From Octopus sinensis (lineage: Eukaryota): a stretch of DNA of 64,000 nucleotides. The notes below the pieces were generated by a model, which was not told where the DNA came from, made no database searches, and worked only from the letters and a program-made list of their open reading frames with translations. Positions within the stretch are counted from its first letter, which is position 1, and every line of letters starts with the position of its first letter. Both the position numbers and the translations under genes were made by a program. Shown here piece by piece: positions 26,692-40,598 of this stretch. The DNA is taken from NCBI RefSeq assembly GCF_006345805.1, contig NC_043008.1:38564001-38628000 (forward strand), in the 5' to 3' direction.

Positions 26692-26780
<89 letters not shown>
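26329..26780. repeat. Compound tetranucleotide array (TCTA/TCTG/CCTA/CCAT)n
   Basis: Read directly. Confidence 0.95.
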
Positions 26781-26781
<1 letters not shown>

Positions 26782-26784
<3 letters not shown>

Positions 26785-27001
26785 CTTTGTCTAGAGCTCA
26801 GGGCTGACCAAAACCTTGTGAGTGTATTTGGTTGACAGAAACTGAAAGATGTCATCATGTCTATGTGTGTGTATGAGTGTGTATGTAAATGTACAAGGTT
26901 TTGGTCAGCCCTGAGCTCTAGACAAAGACACTTGTCCAAGAAGTCATGCAATTAAACCTGAAACCATGTCACTGGGAAGTGAACTTCTGAGCCACATAGC
27001 C
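26782..27001 (-). mobile_element. SINE family A rearranged by a local inversion plus inverted duplication
   Basis: Head at ~27000 on the minus strand; perfect 38-bp inverted repeat at 26782-26819 and 26893-26930. Confidence 0.85.
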
Positions 27002-27224
27002 TTACACCCTCCCCAATTCCTGGTCCACATTGCTATATACCCCCACCTTACAACTCGGTGGGGGTAGGTCCCCTTCCCTCTCCCTGTCACATCCTCACCA
27101 TCCCTCTCTCTTCTCTCTCTCCATCTCAACTAGTCATGTTTTTCTTCTAATGCAAAGTACCTTGTTTGTCCCTCGGTGCTATTTCCACGCCCCACTCCAG
27201 TTGAAGGGACTTCATTGGCAAGTG

Positions 27225-27428
27225 ACTTGGTGACACCATTGCTGCTGGTGCTGCAAATGTAGAAAAGCACCCAGTACACTATGTAAAGGGGTTTGCATTA
27301 GGAAGAGCATTCAACCATGGAAACCATGCCAAAACAGACAGCAGAACTTGGTGCTGCCTTCTGACTTGCTAGTTCCTGTCAAACCGTCCTACTCTTGCCA
27401 ACATGGAAATGGTTGTTAAATGATGATA
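27225..27428 (+). mobile_element. Short retroposon family C
   Basis: AAAAGCACCCAGTACAC..CATTAGGAAGAGCAT..GTTAAATGATGAT. Confidence 0.8.
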
Positions 27429-27949
27429 TATATGTACATATATACATACGTACATACATCCAAATGTGTGTGTGTGCGTGCATGTGTGTCTGTGTGTGTG
27501 TTTACCTCATCAACGTCTTCAAAACTGTGTACAACAATATTTGAGTTGATGAGATTCAGCATTCTACTGTCAATCCCATTTAATATTTTCTTGGTTCTTT
27601 CACTGAAGCACATACTCGAAACATTAAGTAAGATTAGAAGACAATGGGACAAAGGCCAATGTGCCATCCATGACGAAGACAAAAGAGAGCATTTAATTAA
27701 GAGAGTTACATCATAGAATACTTGTAAGAGACTGACTGAGAAGACAGTTCCAATGATGGAAAGGTTTGAGTGTCTATGTAAAGTTGCTGCAGAGATTTCA
27801 CTGAGTCTCTTGTTGAGAATATTAGCTGTAATTTTATTTTATTACTTCATCTATTGCTATTGAAAGGAATTGAATAATTATTGTCTTGGTTGGGTAATGT
27901 CGAAATTGCAGACAGAATGCTTTCCAATATTAAATTGTGTGTCCAAAGC

Positions 27950-28146
27950 AATAAGTTGGCTGAATTATTTCCATTTCAACTAAAATGCTCTGCAGCATCC
28001 ATCTTTGTGTCCTGAGTTCAAATTCCACCACGATTGACTTTGATTTTCGCCTAGTAGGGATAAATAAAATAAGTACCAGTGGGATCGATATAATCAACTT
28101 ATCCTTCCCACAAAATTGCTGGCTTTGTGCAAAAATTTTGAAAGCA
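27950..28146 (+). mobile_element. SINE family B, degenerate
   Basis: CTGAGTTCAAATTCC..AATAAGTACCAGT. Confidence 0.7.
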
Positions 28147-28302
28147 ATATAAATTGTGTACATTTACATTCGATGTTCAAATCTTGCATTACCTTTCCAT
28201 CTTTCCAGGATTGATGAAATAAAAATAAAGCGTTAGTAAGGTATTAATGTTGAGGTTGATCTAATCAGATACACTCTTTCTTCTAATTTGAGGTTGTGTA
28301 GC

Positions 28303-28570
28303 CATCATCATCATAATCATCATTTAATATCCACTTTCCATGCTAGCATGGATTGGACGATTTGACTGAGGACTGGCGATCCAGATGGCTGCACTAGGCT
28401 CCAATCTGATCTGGCAAAGTTTCTACAGCTGGATGCCCTTCCTAATGCCAACCACTCCAAGAGTGTAGTGGGTGCTTCTACATGCCACCGGCACGAGGGT
28501 CGGTCAGGCAGTACTGGCAACAGTCACAAATAATCTTTTTTTTTTCTATGTGTCACCTGCACACTGGCAC
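28303..28570 (-). mobile_element. Short retroposon family C
   Basis: Near-identical to 8986-9196 and to the reverse complement of 43706-43972. Confidence 0.9.
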
Positions 28571-28883
28571 AAGAGCCATATCAGAAATTAATTTGTGAGT
28601 TATTAAGATAAGATGTTTAGCGAAAAAAGATTTATGAAATGTATTATTCCAAAATTTGCATTAAAAGAATAAGAACAAAAATTGTTGATTTCTAATATTT
28701 TTAGGTTTCTACATGTGACATATTCAAAGCTTTATTTAGAAAGACATTTCCACAGACTGAATAGAGAAACGAGAAGAGAGTGAGAGAGTGAGAGTGAGTG
28801 AGAGAGAGAGAGAAGTAAACTGAAGAGTGACCGTGCAAAAGAAAAAAAATAGACAAAGAGCAGAAAGATGCAAAGCCTGACAG

Positions 28884-28926
<43 letters not shown>

Positions 28927-29309
28927 AGTATGCATGTAAGAGACAGAGAGCAATGAACTGTGCACAGCACCAACAGGGATATGATGTCTCAAAACTAAAT
29001 ATAAAAAAGAAGTGAAACTGTCAGACTTAAAAAAGGAAAAAAGAAAAAAAGAGGACAACAGGTATTTGAATAGGAAAACAAAGAATGACTGAAACCAGAC
29101 ATGAAAAGAAAGAAGTTTAAACAGTGACAAATACAAGAATGAAACTCAGATAACCGTTAAGAGATATTCGTTTACTTTAGAAGATACCATCTTCAAACAA
29201 GATATAAAGAACAATGACAGCATGGAAGTGACCGTCACTTTGTCTTGAATCTGGTTAGAAAGCGTATGTAAGGAGTAATGTTTGTGAGGCGTGAATCAAA
29301 GTGGGTCCC

Positions 29310-29680
29310 AGTTTGCTTTGTAGCTATGTGGTTTCGAGTTCAGTTCCACGGCACAGCATTTAGGGTAAGGGTTTTCTACTATATAACCTCAGGCTAACCA
29401 AGGCCTTGTGAGTGAGTGAAATTAATCGATGGAAACTGTGGGGAAGCCCAGTGGGTATATATCTGTATGTGTGTGTGTGTGTTTCTTTGTGTTTGTGTTT
29501 GCACCCCACTGCTTGACAACTGTTGTTTCTTTGTTGACATCCCCATAACTTTGCTGTTTGGCAACGGAGACCGAACAGAATAAATTTTTATAAAAATAAT
29601 CACTGGAGTCAATTTGCTCAGGTTAGGCACTACCTCTTCAAGGTAGTGCCCCAGCATGGCCACAGTCAAATCATTAGAAC
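29310..29680 (+). mobile_element. SINE family A, near full-length and diverged
   Basis: Collinear with the reverse complement of 49163-49559, including the internal (TG)n and the CCAGCATGGCCACAGTCAAAT 3' motif. Confidence 0.85.
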
Positions 29681-29989
29681 ATCTTTCTCTTCCTCCTCCT
29701 CCTCCTCATCATCATCATCGTCATCATCGTCATCATCCTTCTCATCATCATCATCACCACCACCACTTTATATCTACTTTCCATGCTAGTACGGCTGGTC
29801 TAAATGAGTCAGATCTTTTGAAGCTACAACCCTCCAAGAGCTGACAGAAGCAATGTCTTGCTCACGCATTTTGTTTTGGTACTTTCGCAAGGATTCCATA
29901 GTTTGCACACCCTTTCTAACACCAGTACTTCCATACTTAAATTAACCATACGTACAGTAACAATTTCTAAATTTTGTTATTAACACGTT

Positions 29990-30018
<29 letters not shown>

Positions 30019-30020
<2 letters not shown>

Positions 30021-30336
30021 AATTATTGTATACAGTGCTCAGGTGCACCACAACTTGTCAGAAAGTGCATATAAAGTACATGCAGTAATGTAGAAATGTC
30101 TGGAAAGTGAACAATGTATGAGTCAGATACATGCTTGTGTGTGTATGGAGGGGAGAAAATCAAGTATAGTGTTGGCGAATCTCAGGAAGCATGGAAGTTT
30201 TGAAGGATGCAGTGCTGCAACAACTAACAACTGATGCCGGCAGTTTGTTCCATGATTCAGCAACTCTCAGCGTGAAAAAATGTTTCCTGAAGTGATGGGA
30301 GCTGTGCTGTTTTCTTACTTTGTAAATATGTCCACG
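30019..30336 (-). mobile_element. CR1-type LINE 3' end with (TTA)n tail
   Basis: Minus strand encodes RGHIYKVRKQHSSHHFRKHFFTLRVAESWNKLPASVVSCCSTASFKT. Same family as 52561-53110. Confidence 0.88.
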
Positions 30337-30611
30337 TTTAAAAAAATTGTAAGCAACTTTAGTAGCAATGCACTATTAAACATTATTTCAACAAAAACAT
30401 CACTGCATTGTCAAAATGCTGTCCTTTTGGGAACTGAATATTTATTCTATTACTAAATTTTATATGAATATTTAATTATCTTTAAAATTAAAAGATAGTA
30501 ACAGCAGCTGCCTTTATATTTCTATGTTATTTACAAAATTCTTTATGGATTCTTTATCTCAATTATCTTTTGATAATTACTCATAAAACATCATCTGTAA
30601 GTATATATATA

Positions 30612-30650
<39 letters not shown>

Positions 30651-30666
30651 GTTATCGTCATTATTA

Positions 30667-30718
<52 letters not shown>

Positions 30719-30722
<4 letters not shown>

Positions 30723-30915
30723 TAGTCTCATTTTTATCATGTGCTTTCACTGTACTACTGAGCAAAGCTCTGTGTGCCTTGCGTACGTACTGTGCTTTGC
30801 TTTGGTGCTGCTATATTCATTGTATTGAATGTGCCGTACGTAAGATGTGTGTGGTGCCTAGCAGTGCTATCTTCTGTATGTTATATATATTTCTAAGTCT
30901 TAGTGTTTTGGTTTA
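30719..30915 (-). mobile_element. R4/Dong-like LINE 3' end (family 1) inside (TAA)n
   Basis: Encodes YNIQKIALLGTTHILRT; homologous to 5731-5937; (TTA)n on both sides. Confidence 0.8.
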
Positions 30916-30936
30916 TCATCATTGTTATTATTATTA

Positions 30937-30995
<59 letters not shown>

Positions 30996-30996
30996 A

Positions 30997-31200
30997 AATT
31001 CACACAGTATACAATATTGTTAGGTTGTTGATTGAAGATACTGTGTCTACCGGGGGTTTGTACTGTTTGTCAAGTCACAGCAAGGACCTCAGACTGACAG
31101 TACTTTATGCAATATGCGTGCAGTTCCAAGTAATGCTGACTTTTGCAATACAACTAGATTGCAGGGTATTTCTAAAGTTTCCAGATGTTTTTTTCAGATT
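30997..31200 (-). mobile_element. R4/Dong-like LINE 3' end (family 2) inside (TAA)n
   Basis: Encodes HLETLEIPCNLVVLQKSALLGTARILHKVLSV* with a different 3'UTR; (TTA)n on both sides. Confidence 0.8.
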
Positions 31201-31235
31201 GGATGGTTATCATTATTATTACTATTATTATTATT

Positions 31236-31385
31236 GAAGTGGCAGAATTGTTAGCATGCTGTGAGCAAAATGCTTAGTGGCATTTCATCTGTTCCTACAT
31301 TCAGAGTTCCAATTTTGAGGCCAATTTTGTCCTTCATCCTTTCAGATTCAATAAGTATCACTTGGCCACTGGGGTTGATGTAATA
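31236..31385 (+). mobile_element. SINE family B, degenerate
   Basis: TGGCAGAATTGTTAGCATG..CCTTCATCCTTTC..CACTGGGGTTGATGTAAT. Confidence 0.75.
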
Positions 31386-31436
31386 GACCCAGCTGAAGGG
31401 TCTGTAATGTAGAAAAGCACCCAGTACATTCTTTAA

Positions 31437-31656
31437 TCCTTTAGCATTCAGATTAATTTATTAAATGTAATGTTTATGTATCCATATTTAAAAAAATTAA
31501 TCACGTATTATCTTGTAGCTTCAAGATTTTGAAGATGTAATCATTTAATTTTAGAATGACATTGTAGGGTAGGTGGGAGAGACTGGATCTGGCCAGTTTG
31601 AACATAAAACAGGTAGACCATTTGGGCCGGATATGGCCGGTTTAAAATATAAAGGG
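31437..31656. mobile_element. piggyBac-type MITE with TTAA TSD, nested in a family C fragment
   Basis: TTAA|TCCTTTA...TAAAGGG|TTAA. The flanks rejoin to AAAAGCACCCAGTACA..TAAAGGGGTT..CATTAGG as seen at ~27260. Confidence 0.8.
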
Positions 31657-33213
31657 TTAAAGGGGTTGACATTAGGGAGAGCATTTGTGATTTCAATTTT
31701 CCTTCAAGTATCCAACTAAGCATTTGGGAAGCAGGGTACCACTTTAGATGGTTAATTTAGCTGTCAAGAATAAATATCAAATATCCTGGAAATGTTGCTT
31801 GCAATATGCTGGTTTCCTATGCAAAAGGAGAAATCTATCATTAGGAGTGTGAAATTGGTGCTAAACACTGCTTTTAAGAATTTCTAAGGTTTTTTGCAAA
31901 CGGTTTTATTCTTTCAGTATGTCTGTCTTTATATATTTATCTAACATTTCCAAACATATAAAATCCTTGCTTTGAAAATGTTATGCTGGTTATGTTAAAG
32001 AAGATAAGGAACTCATAAATCAAAACATTTATTCAAATTGCGGCTAAGTATTCTTTGAACTGAACAAAAATACAAAATTTACCCTGTTAGATGTGAGGTA
32101 TTTTTATAATCCTTAAAAATCACATATTTCACAGGATGTTCCAGAAAAATGGGGAAAGAGGGAACAGAACGTTTATAGCAAAATCTTTATAGCTTCAAAA
32201 ATATTTTTTTTCTTTTATGCTTATACAAATAAATTAATTCCAAAGTAATTTCTATCATAAAAGGCTAATTTCTAAACAGCATCTGTTTTGTTTTCTTATT
32301 CAGTTTTCTCAGATGCTAAACCAAAGTCTTAATGTCTAAACACTGGCAATTCAGATTTAGGAAAGAAAAAAAAGAAGCCAACTTATGAATGTAGATGGGA
32401 AAATAAATCATGATACTATAGAAAATAGTGAAGAATGGTAAAGCAATTTTGATCTGAAATATATCAGTTCATCAAAAGACTTGTATGACAAGCTTCTTTG
32501 AAATATTAACACAGACAGAGGCTTAACTAAACTTGATGTTTATTATATAAAAGAAGTACAGGAGTCACACACAAGTGTTTGTATTTATGTCTTCATATGT
32601 ATGGGTGGGTAAGAAGCTTGGTTGGTTATAGGCTGGTTACATAGAGGGCGAACCAGAAATGCAAACAAATAGATTGATAGATAGACAGATACATAGGTAC
32701 AAAGATAGATAGCTGATAGCTAGATAGATTGATAGATAGATTGATAGATTGATAGATAGATAGATAAATAGATAGACAGATAGACAGACAGATAATTACA
32801 GAGAAAATCATAGAGTAAAACAAACCAGTTTCTCAATTAAACACAGCTATAAAGTAACGAGAAAAAGCCAGAAAATAATGGGGTTTCAGAAAGAGATTGC
32901 TAGACAGATATAGGTGTTTCATTAGTTTGTACTAACGTTAGCTATAGAGACAGATATTTATTTGACTGTCAACAATGATTTGCTACTAGAACATAGTTGC
33001 AGATAGTGTGGCCGCATCGAAGAAAACAGCTGCTTCAGAAACCATTCGGTTCTGCTTTCAGTCCCACTGTGTTCTGCCTTGATCAAGGGTCTCGTACTTT
33101 GAGCCTAAGGCTGACCGTTTCTTCGAACAGAATCAAAGTAACTAGAAGCTGTACAAATTCCATCCCATATGTATACATATGTATGATCGTCGTCGTCGTC
33201 CTCCTCCTCCTCC

Positions 33214-33255
<42 letters not shown>

Positions 33256-33685
33256 CCACCACCACCACAACCACTACCACCACCACCATCGTTTCCACAA
33301 CCATTTCTTCCCTGCTAACAAGGGCCAAATGAAATTTCGTTGAGGCAGGTTTTCTGTGGCTGGACGCCCTTCTTGTCATCGATGCTCACCTGATTTTGCA
33401 TACAGTAATATGCATGTATCTATGTATGTCTGTATGGGTATGCATGGTTCTGTATGCATGTATGTGTATATTATATACACACACATACACACATGTATAT
33501 ATTGGTAAACTTGAAGGAGGCTAAACAACTACAATGATTTCACCATCAATTATGAATTTCAGCTCCATTACAATAGTTAACACCAATACATCCAGTCATT
33601 TCCAAGCTTTTTTAAATGTTCAGCATATTAGATTCATATGCATATGTACTACACACACACAGACACATACACACACACATACATG

Positions 33686-33731
<46 letters not shown>

Positions 33732-33863
33732 GACATATATATATATATGTATTTATATATGTATGCATGTATGTAAGCATGTATTATATATATATATATA
33801 CACACATACACACACATGTATATATACATGTATTTAAATATGTATGCATGTAAGTGTGTATTT

Positions 33864-33894
<31 letters not shown>

Positions 33895-34557
33895 ATATGT
33901 ATTTATGCATGTATGCATGTTTGTATGTATATATATTTATATATATATATATATACACACACATATACACACATATATATGTAAGAGAGTGTGTGTGTGT
34001 TTCTGTGCAGTGTGTGTGTTTGTATGTGTGTATGTGTGTATTTGTGTCTGTGTGTGTGTTTGTGTGCGGTTATTGGTAATTAATCAGTATAGACAAATAC
34101 AGCAGACTGTTGTTGGTGTCTGATTAACTCGCTAAATGGTAACTGAGAAAGATCGAAGAATAAATCCTCATTAATTGATGGCCAACAACATCACAGGAAA
34201 CCGAACTTTATATATTTTTTTCTTTTTTTTCAGACAAAAATCTCTCTGCTGCTCACCAAATATGATGGAAAACGGATATGATAAATTAGAGGATTTTAAG
34301 CACATCCGCAATATTTATGGGTGCAAAAAAGCTATGAATAAATAAATAAATGAAAAAAAAAATGAAATAAAATAAATATTATTATTCTAGAAACACATTT
34401 TATTTTGTATCATTTTATTTATTTATTTATTTTTAATTATGGATTTTATTTATTTATTATGATGGAAATATCATTTGAGCTTATCTGTATAATCCAATTC
34501 TCAGAGGAGAAAATTACTATTTCCTTAAATTTATTTTATTATTCAACAATGAAATTA

Positions 34558-35665
34558 TTGTTATCATCGTCATTGTCGTCATTGTCGACGTCATCCTCAT
34601 CATCATCATCATCATCATCATCATCACCATCACCACAACCAACATTGCTGTCGTTGTTGTCGTCATCGCTATCATCATCATCATCATCGTCATTGTCATC
34701 ATCACCATCATCATCATTATCATCGCCGTCGTCGTCATCGTCATCGTCATCATCATCGCAATTGTCACCAGCATCATTATCATCATTATCATCATCACCA
34801 TCGTCATCATCATCATCATCATCACCACCACCACCACCACCACCATCATCACCATCATTCTCATTGTCGTCATCATCACCATTGTCACCATCATCATCAT
34901 CATTCTCATTGTCATCATCATCACCATTGTCACTATCATCATCATCATCATCATTATCATCATCATCATCGTCATCATCATTATCCAGGTGATGTACTGC
35001 CAGACTCATCTCAGTCCTGGGCTTGTTTTAGCATGTAACTGGTCAGGTATGGAATTAAATATTGCTCTCAACTTCCATACCATTATTTTCATCATCCACT
35101 TCTTTCGATAATAATTATCATAAAATGCATAATGGACTTAAATGATGAGTGTCATCATCATGATCACCATCGTTGTCATCGTCATCATCATTATTGTCGC
35201 CTTCCACATCATCACCATCATCATCATCATCATCATCGCCATCATCACCATTGTTGTCATCATCATCCTCATCACCATCCACATTATCATCGTCCTCATC
35301 ACTATTGTTATTGTCGTCGTCATCATCATCACCATCCTCCTCCTCATCATCATCGTCTTCATCGTTATAATTATCACCATCATCATCATCGCCATCATCA
35401 TCATCATTATCGTCGTTGTCATCACTATCATCATTGCCGTCATCATCCTCAACACCATCCTTATCATCGCCATCATCATCACTATTGTCATCATCATCAT
35501 CGTAATCAACACTATCATCATCATCGCCATCATTATCATGATCATTGTTGTTATCATCGTCATCATCATCACCATTATCATCGTCGTCATCACTATCATC
35601 ATTGTTGTCATCATCATTATCAGCATCATCATCATCACCATCCTCATCATTGCCATCATCACAAT

Positions 35666-35703
<38 letters not shown>

Positions 35704-35716
35704 TAATCATCATCAC
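34558..35716. repeat. Two long degenerate (CAT)n arrays (34558-34985, 35152-35716)
   Basis: Read directly. They give poly-H/I/S/D/M ORFs in multiple frames. Confidence 0.95.
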
Positions 35717-36245
35717 CGTTTTAACCTCACTGCCAGAATTTGAAAGTAAAAGACCGTGCTAGTGCAAAAGACATAAGGCAGTAGGAACCAACCAATGTTC
35801 TAAGATGGACTGTGTATAAAATATTTCTAAGTTTGGGTGATTTGTAAGACTGTGTGAATCTATTGTCTACCTGTATGTCCATGCAATATATATATATATA
35901 TAAATATGTTATATAGGTAATTAGGAAGCTCAGGTCATTTGTATTCATTAGTCTATAGTTATACACAGTTTTATGTGTTATAGTGGAAGTGGAGAGAGAC
36001 AGAGAGATGAAGAAATAATAGAGAATTGTAAGAGCCAGAGGGAGTTGGAAGAGGATAATTGTAAGGAGGAAAGCGTTTGAATGTAAATTTAAAATGAGGG
36101 AGAATGAAAGTAAATAAAAGTAAATAAAAGAGAGACAGACAGACAGAAAAGGAATGAGAGAGAGAGAGAGAGAGTGGAAGAGAGAAAAGTGAATGAAAGA
36201 GAAGGAGTAAAGGCCAAGAATAGGAGAGAAGGAGGATAGGATGGC

Positions 36246-36276
<31 letters not shown>

Positions 36277-36398
36277 GCAGAGAGAGGAAGAGGAATTGTA
36301 AGAGAAAATTGGAAAGGAAATGAAGGAAATATGTAGAAGAGAAATGAGGTTATGAGAGAGAAGGTAGGAGTCCACCAGAGGAAAAGATGGCAAAATAA

Positions 36399-36455
<57 letters not shown>

Positions 36456-36644
36456 AAGGAAGACAAAATGTGTGAAAGACAAAGAGAGAAAACTGTAGTG
36501 CAAAAGAAAGTGAAAGTGAAAGTGAAAGTAAGTGAGAGAGAGAGAGAGACAGACAGACAGATAGATACAAATTGAGAAAAAAACGGAGACAGACTGTGAT
36601 AACTGGTAATATTAAAGACTCACAAACAGCAACAATAATGATGA

Positions 36645-36683
<39 letters not shown>

Positions 36684-37144
36684 TGGTGGTGACGATGATG
36701 TCGATGAAAAGAAATGAAAATAAGAACAATATTAATCCTGGCGATGAATAAGTTGAGAAAGATTTTGTTATATTTTGAAAACTATGCTAAAATTAACATG
36801 TTGAACAAGCTGCATTCATGCTCATTAGCTCATCCTAACCATGTGTCTACATGTGTGCATGTGTGCGAATGTGGCGCAGATACATGCATTTGTATATGGA
36901 TATGTGCGTTCGTGTGTGTGTGTGTGTGTGTGCGTATGCATGTGTGGAAACAAGCGGACGTAGTGTTATTCCATATTATTTTGGACAGCATCAAGAAATC
37001 CTTTAATGCATTATGCCTCCATAGCAATTACTAGAATATATTTCAGTCAGAAAATTTTTATTTTGGGTTTTAATCATTGAAAATGAAAACAACAGCAACA
37101 GCAACAATAACAGTAGTATAGTGTTAGTATTAGTAATAATAATA

Positions 37145-37186
<42 letters not shown>

Positions 37187-37566
37187 TAATAATAATAATA
37201 ATAATAATACAATTATTCTTCCAGGTTTTGCTTGTTTATTTCCATTTTGCATTTTGTTTGTGTATGTATGTGTTTGTGTGCATATGTACAGATACACACA
37301 CACTTATATATATATGCATATACATTCATACATGTGTATATATATGTGTGTATGTATACTTAGCTTTCTAAATATGTATGTGTGTGTGTGTGTATGTGTG
37401 TATGAGATAGATAACTGAATATAAAGTGACATCTATGTATTTATATGTATGTATATTTTTGGGTCAATAAGTATATGTACATTCAAATGTAAGCATTTAC
37501 AACCAAATTATTGTAAGTGTATGTATATAAGTATTTGTATTTGAATATATATATGCACATACCGAC

Positions 37567-37640
<74 letters not shown>

Positions 37641-39201
37641 GTACATATATATATGTAAATATATATCTATATATATATACACATGTATATATATACATGC
37701 GTATATACATGTGCTTGCATGTGTGTACGTATGACTAACCATTTATCTTACACTTTATGTTTATATTCCAGTTATAAGCAAAATATAAAATAAAATTACT
37801 GAAACCAAACTATATAACAAAAATAATGATAATGATAATAACGATGATGATGATAACAATAATAATAATAATAATAATAATAGTAATAATAATGATAATA
37901 GGAGAAAGAAACTAAACATATTATTTCTGCTTCTATCATGAATATTGGATTAGTGACTTGTTGTACGGCAAAACTGCTCCTGCATCTTTTATGCGAATGT
38001 AATTCTTATGTCTACACAAAATCTCTCACTCATTCGTATGCTTACAAATGCACACATGTATATCTTGGTTCACACACACACACATGCACAGATACTGACA
38101 CTACAAGATCATGTATGTTTGAAGCAACGAGAGTATTAAACACGTGTGAGTGTTTCGTGTGTAAATATATGCGTATTAGAATGATGTGTGTGTTTGTGTG
38201 TGTGTATTTACACATCTGCAAGTGTGTTTGTGAAAATGCACGGGTGAATGAGTAAGGACGCGTGCAAGCTTTTTGCATGAGGTTGCACATGCATATGTAT
38301 TTGTATGTAAGCTTTGTATGTAAACATGCGCAGTAGCTAACCTGTTGCGTGTGTATGTGTGTGAGTATGGGAAACTGGGTATGTATGTGTGTGTGTGTGT
38401 ATGTGTGTTTGTATGTGTGTGTGCAGACATAGATAGATATGTTTAAGGTATTGTATGCCTATATGTGTGGGTATTTGTAAGTAAGCATATGCATGTGCAC
38501 AATATAGGCATCTGCATCATAGCTATTGTGTATATATGTGTATGTACATGTTTGCATTTATATATGTGAATTACACATGTACATATGTGTGTGTATGTAT
38601 GTGTGCATATGCAAGTAAATAAATAAATAAATATATATACATATATGTATATATATATATATACACACACACACGCGCTCTCTCTCTCTCTCTCTCTCTC
38701 TCACTCTATATATATATAGACAAATGCTCATACACTATATATATAAATGTGTGTGTATGTGTGTGTATATATATAGAGATAGATAGATAGATAGATTGAT
38801 AGATAGATAGATATTGAGACTTTATCTGGCAGCGTTACAAAGTCTTGATTAGTGCATGCTTGCTGATGCACTAAAACAACAATGCAACAACATCAACGCA
38901 ATGAGAATCAACACGAAGTTGAACCACAATTCTCAGCAGGAAGACGAGATGGGAAACCACCAACCAAAACATAAAGAAATTCAAAGCATGACTGAACTGC
39001 ACTAATAATTAGAAGATGCAGATGGATATAAAGGATATGTTTGTGTTCCTTTTGCAATAATCAAACTATAATTTGACTAGACAAAAAATGGTTCTGGGAA
39101 GGGCTCTTGGTAAAATATAAAAAGTGGGATCTGAACAATTATATGAGTAGGGATATCAGGGTTTCATAGCATGATCACATTATAACTTAAAGGGGTGAAT
39201 T

Positions 39202-39528
39202 TTTTTATTTATTTATGCACCCTTTTCAAGCCTAGCCAGGCTCATGGGCCCGGTTTCCCGGTTTCTGTGGCATATGTGTTCTCCCCAGCTGGACGGGACG
39301 CCAGTCCATCGCAGCGTTACTCAAGAAACAGGAAGAAAGTGTGAGAGAAAGTTGGGGCGAAAGAGTACAACAGGGGTCGCCACCACCCCCTGCCGGAGCC
39401 TCGTGTAGCTTTTGGTGTTTTTGCTCAATAAATACACACAAGGCCCGGTCTGGGATTCAAAACCGCGATCCTCCACACCACGAGTCTGCTGCCCTAACCA
39501 CTGGTCCATTGTGCCATTGTGCCTCCAC
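39202..39528 (-). mobile_element. Full-length tRNA-derived SINE family D with perfect 14-bp TSD
   Basis: TSD TAAAGGGGTGAATT at 39188-39201 and 39529-39542. Minus strand has A/B boxes, the CTGCGATGGACTGGCGTCCCGTCCAG core and a (TAAA)n tail. Confidence 0.92.
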
Positions 39529-39815
39529 TAAAGGGGTGAATTAGTAGAGTCAAATAGACCATTGTTTAGAATTTGTTAAGATTTTTGCTTCAATAGAGCA
39601 AGGGCCAGGCCATGAATGATTATTCTTCCCTGCATAACGCTTTCCTCTTCCATGGTTTTTTTGATGTTGAATTGTTTTTGATGCCTCTGTGACTTTCTTG
39701 TTATTCTAAGAAGATATTTTGGCACTAAACAAACCCATTTTTACTTCTGGGAAGAAGCGGTCCATATTAGTCTGGCTTGTCTCCTTTGATTTGGCCAACA
39801 TTTCTGATGCCCACA

Positions 39816-39855
<40 letters not shown>

Positions 39856-40566
39856 CACATGCACATATACATACACATGCACACACACATATGTGTGTGA
39901 TCATATTATACATATATATATATATATGTGTGTATATGTTTCTGTGAGGTGTATATCAACATGTACATGCAAATTAGTATTTATACATGCAAACACATAT
40001 AGGGATGTATATATGTATCAATGTGTGTATGCATACATACACACACACATATACACACACACTCACACATACACACACATACATACATATACAAACATAC
40101 TACGCTATAGAACGATAGACATGTATGAAAAGAAAATTAATCCTAAGTTTATAGATCTAATTTGGGAATGTCATAGAAGACAGAATAAAATATTGTCTGC
40201 AAGTCAGTATAGTGGAAGAATTATAAATGGGAAAAAGCACTGCCAATGCTGCTTTCAAATAATAGGGTGAGAGAGAAACTCATTCTGCCTTTAAGAATAA
40301 CTTTTGGCAGTAGCCTATTAATTGTTTCCACAAACACAGCAGAGAATAGACCATTGTTATTTTAGCTAAGTTTTTAGGTTGACATTTAAATATGATATTA
40401 GATTTATTTTGAAGTCCTGTAAAGCAGATGTAAGCTAAAAAAAAATCCTGTATTTCTTTATAAAAGCTAAATCAAAGTTTCTTTCTCTTTTTCTTTAGTT
40501 TCTTTTTCAATTTGTCCCCTTTTAGTTTCATTGTTGTCATTATTGTTGTTGTTATATTGTTGTTGT

Positions 40567-40598
<32 letters not shown>

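Noticed and set aside
39450-39528. tRNA genes at SINE heads (also 20793, 50531, 63943)
   Set aside because: A/B boxes are present but I see no complete cloverleaf, and they continue into SINE bodies where visible.
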